Assembly (NCBI GenBank): GCA_002269645.1
Contig: NIVC01000826.1
Coordinates: 1-64,000 of the forward strand
Length of the DNA stretch: 64,000 nt
Direction of reading: 5' to 3'
DNA from: Macrostomum lignano
Taxonomy: Eukaryota
Of this stretch, positions 55,071-64,000 are shown piece by piece. The position numbers and the translations under genes were made by a program. Positions within the stretch are counted from its first letter, which is position 1; each line of letters starts with the position of its first letter. The notes under the pieces are model-generated. The model did not search any database and was not told the origin of the DNA. It saw only the letters and a program-made list of their open reading frames with translations.

Positions 55071-58000
55071 GGCGTAGGTGATGTCGGAGTTTCTTCACAA
55101 TTTCGCGATTCGTGACAAATTTTTTTCTGTCAATTTTGGCCAAACGCCACCTATTTATATGGCAAGGCGATTCGTCCAGTTTTTCGTGTGTAAACTCAAT
55201 CACGTTTCTGTCGTGCTTTTCTGCATTCGCGCGCGAGCCTGGCACTCCAGGACAAAAAAGAAGCGATTAATTCCTTGCCTGCATCAGAAAATCAACAGAC
55301 TTGGCCAAGCACACATTTGCTTTGGTGCTGAGCGCAAATAAACAGACTCTCTTATGCAGAGCATGAGCAAACATTTTTGTCAATGGCTTCAGTTTGCGCT
55401 CATTTCACATTCTCATCAAGTATCGAAGTTTGTATTTAGCCACTCCAACAATTAACACGTAAACTTGTCTCTCGCCAAGAGTAATTTTCTCAGTCTCATT
55501 CTTCTCAAGGAAAGTGTAACTTGTCCGGCCATGGAGGCTGTGAGTGCATTTGAGATACACGAACTACATTTATAGTAATCTCAAACAGAGTTTACAGGCT
55601 AGCAGCTGCAAGCTGCAAATCCAATGGTAAAAATTAACTTGATGACGCATCACCAACTCTACTCCTAAGCAATCGTCTTAAGGAAAATAAACTCTTCGAA
55701 CGAGGCTGAATTGAGGGTTAGTCGTGAAGATCCTTCATCTATAATATACACGTAGGAGTTTGATAGCCAGTGAAATAGAACTCACTTTCACTTGCATGTA
55801 CGCGTTGGCTCATCAAGTGGGAAATAACGAGGTCAGTGCTATATAAAAACTTTTGCAGTGACCTGGACTTTTGGGCTGGACACCCCTTGAAGGCTCAAAT
55901 GCAGATTTTAAAAGATGGAGTTTGAATGTCCAGCGTCGTAGATTGTTCTCCAAAGAGGATCGAAAAACATCAGGGAAAATCTATTCCAACAAGCCCAAGC
56001 CGTGCTCCATCTCAGAGGCTGCGGCCTCGCACTGTCGTCACTTGACGGATGAGGAAGTGCGTCTGGGACGAAGTTCCCGGCAGTCGTTTCTCCTGCCTGG
56101 CCGTACCTGAATTTAGTTGAAAGACTCGAATTATATTTTTGCTGGTCTTGTGCGTAACGTGGTGCCATAAATACCACCCAACGCAAGCTGCTTGAGATGA
56201 TGATCGGAATTGCAGAGCAGCACGTAAGTTCAGCTCCTACCTGCCGGCTGTCTGCCAGAGTCCTTAGGTTGCTAGCCCTGGTTGCTTTCATAGTTGAGGG
56301 TCGAGAAAGCTAGGGAATTTACATTGCAAACTTAGAGGTCGTGGATTCCCAATTAGGTCCGTTAACCAAAGGGTTCAGACAGGGAGAACTAGAGGCTTGA
56401 GAGAAGAGGATGACGGAAAAAAATAATTGAGGACTCTGCTACATCCGGGGTCGGAGGCTGGCAACGCAGGTGTTCGAAATTGTTCAAACTGCACACAGAA
56501 GTCACTGCGCAAGAACTTTCAAATAATACAAAGATTCCGGTCTTTCGACGATATAAAATCTCGAGTACATACCGGTATAAATCACCCCCCTACTCCCCAC
56601 AACAACAAAAACTATACACACACGCGTGCAAACTGTGCCAGATTTGTTGGGGAGACCGGTTTTCGTTGAACGAAGTTTTTGTTGCGATACGGAGTCCTCT
56701 CTATCTGTTCATAAGAATTTTTGTGATGAGGATCGACAGACTTTCAGCTCTGATTTTGCTAAATTCGATCGCATACCTACCTTGATACATGTAGATCGAT
56801 AGATACCTACCTACCGACAAACCATTTTTTTATGTAACCGCCCTTGTCGCCTGTCCGCTCCGTTGAGAGACGAACGCATGACTAGAGGGGGCAATGATCG
56901 TAGGCTGCCTATGACCGGGCAATGACCTGACGGACCTCCAGCACCAGACTGTCCCGCCCACATGATTGATAGCTTTGGTAGCGCTTCGTGACCAGAGGGC
57001 CAAGGACCCACATGGACCCCACCTGTAGCCAAGGTGCAATAGTTGGTCACTCGGTCATAGTATGACCGAGTGGCTGCCACCACTCTATGTGACCTGGCGC
57101 ACCTGGATCTTTCTACCAGACCTCTCGAGGCTAGAGCCCCACCTGGGATGGTTACCAGGAGATTTAGGCTAACAGGGGAGACACATGCAGGCGAGTACAG
57201 GGACTCTGCTTGGGGCATGATCGGGAACTCTGGGCTCAATCTGGAGGATTTCTCAGCAGGGGATCCTTTGTGGCTGTGAGCGAGGCTGACTTGCGACTTT
57301 GATTACTAAAGTAGTATGAGGCGAACATGTACTGTCTATAGTTTAGATTAAATTAGTAACAGGAACTTACCGGCAGCTGCACAGAGAGAGAGAGACGGAG
57401 TGACCGAGGGCGGCTGTAGGCTGCAGTCAGGCAGGCAGTGAAGCGGCGATGCGCTGAAGCAACTAGGCGCTGGTGTAGATCAGGCGATGCTGATGATGCT
57501 GGGCGGTATCAGACCGCTGGCCGATAGGTGAGCTCGCTTGGGGAGCTGAAGATAACTTGGCGGTAACAGACCGCGGACCGGCAGGGGTTCGTCTTATAGA
57601 CGGGAAGGTCAGAGCAGTGTCTGACCGCAAGTCCAAAGACGGACGAGGAGACGAACAGGGAAAATACTGAGGATTCTGGTGCCGAAAACCGCTTCCTTAT
57701 ATAGTCTTCCCAGCCGCCGCTCCAAGGTCGTTTCCATGACTCCCTCTCTCTGATTGGCTGCCGGCAGAATGACGTCAGAATGAGTCATGATGAGAAGCAT
57801 GAGACGGCATAGCAACATGAGAAATGGGGGAATTGCGCATTTCGGAGGTGGGGTGGGGGATAATTGGCGCAGCGGGAGGTCGCAAAAGTGTTGCGCAAGC
57901 CAACATTGAGAACAATGGGGCTGGGGTCGAGAACAAAGGAACTGGAAATCGGGGACAATTGGGGAGAATCGAGAACAATAGAAAAGCAAACATTGGGGAA

Positions 58001-59433
58001 AAGGTGATAATTAGGTGCGAAAACGAGAACAATAGAAAGAGAAAATCGGAGAAAATGTGATAATTGGTGGGGGGTAAAGAGAACAAAAGAATCAAAAACG
58101 AGAACAATAGAAGCGGAGGTGGGGTGGGTGTCGCATGAGAAATTTGGGGAGGAGAACAATGGCATGAGAAAAGGTTCGCAAGAGAGGGGGGTGAGTCATC
58201 GATGAGTCATCGAGGGGAAGAGGGGATCACACGACTTGCGTCACCGTTTGGAAGTTTGAGAAGGGATGGGGAACGGGGAGCACACAGAATACTGTAAGTA
58301 GACACAGGGAAAGAGGGGACAGTGCAGGAAAATAGTGCGAAAAGGGGCCAAAAGAGGGGAGACAGGAAGAGTACATAAAGAATAGGGAGGCGCGCAGGGG
58401 AGATAGGGTAGAGGGGGAGGTACAAAGAGGGAGGGGGAAGCTCCGGAAAGGCAAGTGTGGCGGCAGGAGAGACGGAGCCAAGGCAGCAGGGGGTGCAGCA
58501 GAGCGAGAGTCTCCAGGCCTGGTCGAAGACCTGGCCGAGTCTCAACAGCTCTGTGCAGGGGGTGCACGGCGATAGAAGGCACTTTCGAAAAAGTTCCCCT
58601 GCCCTATCCCGCGACCAGAGCGTGGTTACATCATTTTCAGCTAATCTCGTCCGATAATTTATTTCTTACTATTTGATTCCCAAAAAATGCGAGAGCTCAG
58701 ATGAGCAGCTAAGCTGAAGGCGGGGGCTGCAGTGGACCGAATGGCCAAACATGAGTGCCGTAGTCGATCAATGAATCAATAATTTTGAATCAGAATTCAA
58801 GCTGCTGCAGTCATATCATGTTCTTCATCAGTGCTGATTCACATGCGTTAGAGGGACAAAGGACGTAGTGTATTATATTAGTATATTTGGCATTGATTGA
58901 AGTCATTTAATTTATAAATAGTCAGCGCCAGAAAAATATCCTATATACCTTAGGTATATAGACGTCGACTATATAATGACGAGGGACGACTCACCCCTGC
59001 AGAGGAGCGCAGAGAGGATAAAATGTACGGAGCCGCCTGCACAAGAACACGTGCTTAATTGTTAAAGGAATAAGAGAACAAATTAAACAAAAACCACAAA
59101 CCGGCCACAGGGCCGAAAAAGTCACTCGAAAAAACGGCCATGCATACACCAAAAGTAAAATTTTTTACTGTGCATTAATTTGGCAAGAAAGAATATCGAA
59201 TTTTCCTAATTTTTTGAGCGAAAAGTTTTATGAATATCGATAGAGCAATAAGAAAGGCACAACATATCAAAAGATGAGCACTGGATCTGCCTCCTATCAA
59301 AAGCAATAACAATTTTTGTGCTGAAAAAATAAAAACTTCCAATCTCCGTATTTTTCGGAAAAAACTTGCCTTCCAAATTTTTCTAAGAAACGAGCTGGTT
59401 TCGGAACCGTCCTTCTACTTAAGTCGTCCTTGA

Positions 59434-60625
59434 ATGAATCGTGCAGTATATTTACACGAAATAGAATATAAATTCGAAATTCGAATGAATCGTGTAGTAT
59501 ATTTACACGAAATAGAATATAAATTCGAAATTCGAATGAATCGTGTAGTATATTTACACGAAATAGAATATAAATTCGAAAGTCGAATGAATCGTGCAGT
59601 ATATTTACACGAAATAGAATATAAATTCGAAAGTCGAATGAATCGTGCAGTATATTTACACGAAATAGAATATAAATTCGAAAGTCGAATGAATCGTGCA
59701 GTATATTTACACGAAATAGAATATAAATTCGAAAGTCGAATGAATCGTGCAGTATATTTACACGAAATAGAATATAAATTCGAAAGTCGAATGAATCGTG
59801 CAGTATATTTACACGAAATAGAATATAAATTCGAAAGTCGAATGAATCGTGCAGTATATTTACACGAAATAGAATATAAATTCGAAAGTCGAATGAATCG
59901 TGCAGTATATTTACACGAAATAGAATATAAATTCGAAAGTCGAATGAATCGTGCAGTATATTTACACGAAATAGAATATAAATTCGAAAGTCGAATGAAT
60001 CGTGTAGTATATTTACACGAAATAGAATATAAATTCGAAAGTCGAATGAATCGTGCAGTATATTTACACGAAATAGAATATAAATTCGAAAGTCGAATGA
60101 ATCGTGCAGTATATTTACACGAAATAGAATATAAATTCGAAAGTCGAATGAATCGTGCAGTATATTTACACGAAATAGAATATAAATTCGAAAGTCGAAT
60201 GAATCGTGCAGTATATTTACACGAAATAGAATATAAATTCGAAAGTCGAATGAATCGTGCAGTATATTTACACGAAATAGAATATAAATTCGAAAGTCGA
60301 ATGAATCGTGCAGTATATTTACACGAAATAGAATATAAATTCGAAAGTCGAATGAATCGTGCAGTATATTTACACGAAATAGAATATAAATTCGAAAGTC
60401 GAATGATTCGTGCAGTATATTTACACGAAATAGAATATAAATTCGAAAGTCGAATGAATCGTGTAGTATATTTACACGAAATAGAATATAAATTCGAAAG
60501 TCGAATGAATCGTGTAGTATATTTACACGAAATAGAATATAAATTCGAAAGTCGAATGAATCGTGTAGTATATTTACACGAAATAGAATATAAATTCGAA
60601 AGTCGAATGAATCGTGTAGTATATT
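59434..60625. repeat. 51-bp satellite, about 23 copies
   Basis: ATGAATCGTGCAGTATATTTACACGAAATAGAATATAAATTCGAAAGTCGA units. Confidence 0.97.
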
Positions 60626-62679
60626 GTGACGAATAAATTGGCGGGAAGACGGTTTGTGTAGCGGTTAATTGGATAGTTCACGATTTAGATTTAGCAGATC
60701 GGCAAGCCGCTTTCACCCTTAGCGTTACTTTGAATCGTTATGCCTTGCAAAGATCGGGATTCAGTTGATTGGTTGGTGGGTTGGTGAATTGTAAAATTGT
60801 AGAACACTGTCACACTAAAATATAAAATTCTGCTACATGTATACGTACCTGTGCACGCGTATATTCCATTTATTTTCGACACCGAAAATGTTTTAAATTC
60901 ATGCATTTTTCAGCTCCAAGCAGAAAGAGGGGACAATTAAGATTATCAAAGGTCAAGATTCAAGTTTTCTGCTTTTTTGAGGATCTTAGAAATTAAAATT
61001 TCAAAATTAAAATAGCCTATAGCCGACCTCGGATAATTTCCAATCTTCCCATATAAGTTTCAACGCTGAGTTGCCACTATTCAAGGAGGAGTTGTCGTAA
61101 TGACAGACAAACAACACGTGAACTTTAGTATATGTAGAGAAGAAGAGATAGAAAGATAGAAGAGAAGACTCAAATTTAGAAACTTTTAAGGTAAGCCTAA
61201 GACATTCTCCGTAGTGAGTTTAGGGTGGGTGCAAAATTTGGTGTAATTTGGTTGAGCAGGTTGGAGTCCATAGCGATCAAAATTGTACACAGACAGAGTT
61301 TTGATTTTTATATGTAGAGAAGAGATATAAGACCAGAATCGTAGATTATGGATTAATTGGAATCATTAACGACGTTAAACTTGAGCACAGTAATTAAAAG
61401 CAAAAAAATCTGTCAAATAATATCAAATGCATGACTGAATACAAATTTCGAAGCAACCCAGCAAATCAAGTTATTCATAAAGCCAATGAGCTGAGGCGTG
61501 CCATTATACTGTTTTTTTCAGGCACAGGACAGGTGCCATTGTACGTAGAATAAGAAATAAAAGAATCCTAATTTTCTGAACGAAACGCTTTATGAATATC
61601 AATAGAGCTATAAAGAAAGGTACAGCATATTAAAATATGAACATTAGATCTGCCTCCTTCTGTAACATCAAAAGCAACAACAATTTTTGTGCTGAAAAAA
61701 ATGAGAACTTCCTATCCACTAGTCTATTTTTCTGCTAAAAGTGGCTGTGACGTTGTCAGTTTAAGGTGGTCCCGAAAAGGGCCGTTGGACTGCTGTTTCT
61801 CTATAGTTTCAACCCTTCAGTTTCACCGTTTCAACTAAACTTTTCTATTTGTTTATTGCGACGTTTACTTGTAGTAGTGCCCAACGATTTTGTGGCAATT
61901 TCTAATTCACTGTATATTTTACTATCCTCTCTCGCGACCGTATAAAATTGGCACGATCGATAATTTCAAGTTCTCTCGCCAGCCAATGAAAACTCTCCGT
62001 GTTTTGCGCTTCCCCCTCTGCGCTCCTTTATTAAACCCCCCGCCTGGCGGCAGGCACTCCTCACTCCCTGCTCGTCCCTGTTCTTGTGTTCTGTGTTCTC
62101 TCTCCTTAGGCTTGCCTCCGTCCCGTCTGGCTTGCCTAGCCTTGTCTAGCCTTGTTTTCCTTCTCTCTGTCTGGCTGCCTCGAGCCTCCTTACCTCACGC
62201 CACGGCTGACGCCAACTTCGCCACTGCTCATCCGCCTGCCTACTACGTCTCACTGCCTTCACTGTACTCATTGCCATTGATCATCACGTTACGTCGCCAT
62301 TATATCACTCGTCTGTCGCTTGAACTCACATCCAATTTACCTTAAAAGAAACCATTGTTGCAGCCGCCAGTGCCCAGAAAGCAATAGTTTGTTATTTGCC
62401 AGTAACAACCAAACTTACTATTTACATTGATAATAAAAACGACTACGGCAGTTCCCTGCCCTTATTGCCAAGTGCTCCGCTACACCATCCACTTCGCCTA
62501 AGTTGACTTCAACTTATTTTGGGACTAAAACGGCCCTTTTAAGGGTCACGGCCAACATCAAATAACGTGACAGTGGCCTTCAAAACATTTTCCATAGCTT
62601 TCTAGTGTTGCGTCCTTCTACTTTAGTAGTCCTTGACTCAAATATTTTGAATACCGAATTCTAACCTCTGTCAGGTTTG

Positions 62680-63280
62680 ACCCTCAGTTTGAGCAAAGCA
62701 TCTCCCAGATCCTCAGTTTGAGCAAAGCATCTCCCAGATCCTCAGTTTGAGCAAAGCATCATCTCCCAGATCCTCAGTTTGAGCAAAGCATCTCCCAGAT
62801 CCTCAGTTTGAGCAAAGCATCTCCCAGATCCTCAGTTTGAGCAAAGCATCTCCCAGATCCTCAGTTTGAACAAAGCATCTCCCAGATCCTCAGTTTGAGC
62901 AAAGCATCTCCCAGATCCTCAGTTTGAGCAAAGCATCATCTCCCAGATCCTCAGTTTGAGCAAAGCATCTCCCAGATCCTCAGTTTGAGCAAAGCATCTC
63001 CCAGATCCTCAGTTTGAGCAAAGCATCTCCCAGATCCTCAGTTTGAACAAAGCATCTCCCAGATCCTCAGTTTGAGCAAAGCATCTCCCAGATCCTCAGT
63101 TTGAGCAAAGCATCTCCCAGATCCTCAGTTTGAGCAAAGCATCTCCCAGATCCTCAGTTTGAGTAAAGCATCTCCCAGATCCTCAGTTTGAGCAAAGCAT
63201 CTCCCAGATCCTCAGTTTGAACAAAGCATCTCCCAGATCCTCAGTTTGAGCAAAGCATCTCCCAGATGCTCAGTTTAAGC
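62680..63280. repeat. 29-bp minisatellite (CAGTTTGAGCAAAGCATCTCCCAGATCCT)
   Basis: About 20 copies. Confidence 0.95.
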
Positions 63281-63424
63281 AAAAAAATGACAGGAAGAGG
63301 AGCATCCTGCACACCAAACGAAGTCATTTTGGATAATTTTAATTCCTTGCTTTGGCAAACAGAAGATTTTGCATCAACTACACAGAGTTATTCGTGTTAG
63401 ACGTAATTTTTGGTTTCACACCTG

Positions 63425-64000
63425 TCAGATAATGAGCATTTCGAACTCCATCAGCGAGTAGTAGAATCCGTAGTAGTATTTCCATATGATGCCGTGACCA
63501 AACGGACCACCGATGGCGTCAGTGAAGTTCTTGTACACCCCGTTCGGGTGCGTGCTGTAGCAGCCTTGGAACCACCAGCCCCCGGAATAGTTCTCAGCGC
63601 AGCTGCTTGAAGAGTCGTCGTGATCGGCGTCCATCGTGCTGAACTGGCTGCCGGCAGAGTAGGACAGGCTGTCGCCGATGCCGTCGCTGCCCGAGTAGCC
63701 CAGCACCTGCAGCCGGTAGTTGTCCGACTCGGGACCCACGGAGAAGCTGGAGTACTCGGCCCAGTGCTCAGAGTCGTTCCACGCCTTCATCAGGATCCTC
63801 AGCTTCCGAGGACCAGAAGCAGTGAGAGCGTGGAGAGAGTTCAGGCCTGGGTAGACGCGGACGTCATGGCGGTGTTTGTCATTGAAGTCCGAGTTGGAAA
63901 AGAAGCGAATGGAGCAGATCTGGGATGCACTCACCGATCCAGTAGTTTCCGTCGGGTCCCTCGCCGAACTCGCTCTGGTACTGAGTCCAGTTGCGGTAAA
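63425..64000 (-). CDS. Fibrinogen-related protein (FReD) C, 3' part; 5' end lies outside the window
   Basis: Exons >64000-63935 ([12 protein letters not shown]...NYWIG) and 63846-63425 (FSTMDADHD...CA...GGWWFQGC...PNG). Confidence 0.88.
   Translation of the reverse strand, partial: FTATGLSTRASSARDPTETTGSVSASQICSIRFFSNSDFNDKHRHDVRVYPGLNSLHALTASGPRKLRILMKAWNDSEHWAEYSSFSVGPESDNYRLQVLGYSGSDGIGDSLSYSAGSQFSTMDADHDDSSSSCAENYSGGWWFQGCYSTHPNGVYKNFTDAIGGPFGHGIIWKYYYGFYYSLMEFEMLII

Noticed and set aside
56800-58600. Possible degenerate retroelement gag/5' region
   Set aside because: No intact CCHC, RT or other motif could be read with confidence.
59434-60636. 400-aa repeat ORF, and CRISPR-like appearance of the regular arrays (also 22612, 47803, 50560, 62680)
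   Set aside because: Head-to-tail identical units with no unique spacers, no cas genes and eukaryotic context: satellites.

Overview
Eukaryotic (animal) genomic DNA. Positions 1-~16,097 are the right-hand ~16 kb of an AT-rich Polinton/Maverick (adintovirus-like) endogenous virus. It carries a frameshifted protein-primed PolB with a vOTU-like domain, a fibre-like gene, an adenain-type protease, penton, an A32/FtsK packaging ATPase, a double-jelly-roll major capsid protein, an HNH endonuclease, a PLA2-integrase fusion and a hairpin-containing right terminus. The key observation is a 303-nt group I self-splicing intron (13745-14047). P1, P3, P4, P7, P8, P9, the U.G splice-site wobble and the terminal G can all be read from the sequence. 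It interrupts the PLA2 Ca-loop motif (FTG|PG) of the PLA2-integrase gene and sits directly beside a free-standing HNH endonuclease, i.e. a candidate ribozyme plus homing-endonuclease system inside an animal nuclear-integrated virus. The rest (16.1-64 kb) is host DNA with spliceosomal genes: rogdi, a PH + actin-like fusion gene with an F-spondin gene nested antisense in its 15-kb intron, a DEG/ENaC channel, three fibrinogen-domain (FReD) genes and a small amidated-peptide precursor. It also holds a CORE-type SINE, retroelement remnants and many intronic micro/minisatellites. The repeat-dense introns and GC-rich exons resemble the flatworm Macrostomum (inference only).
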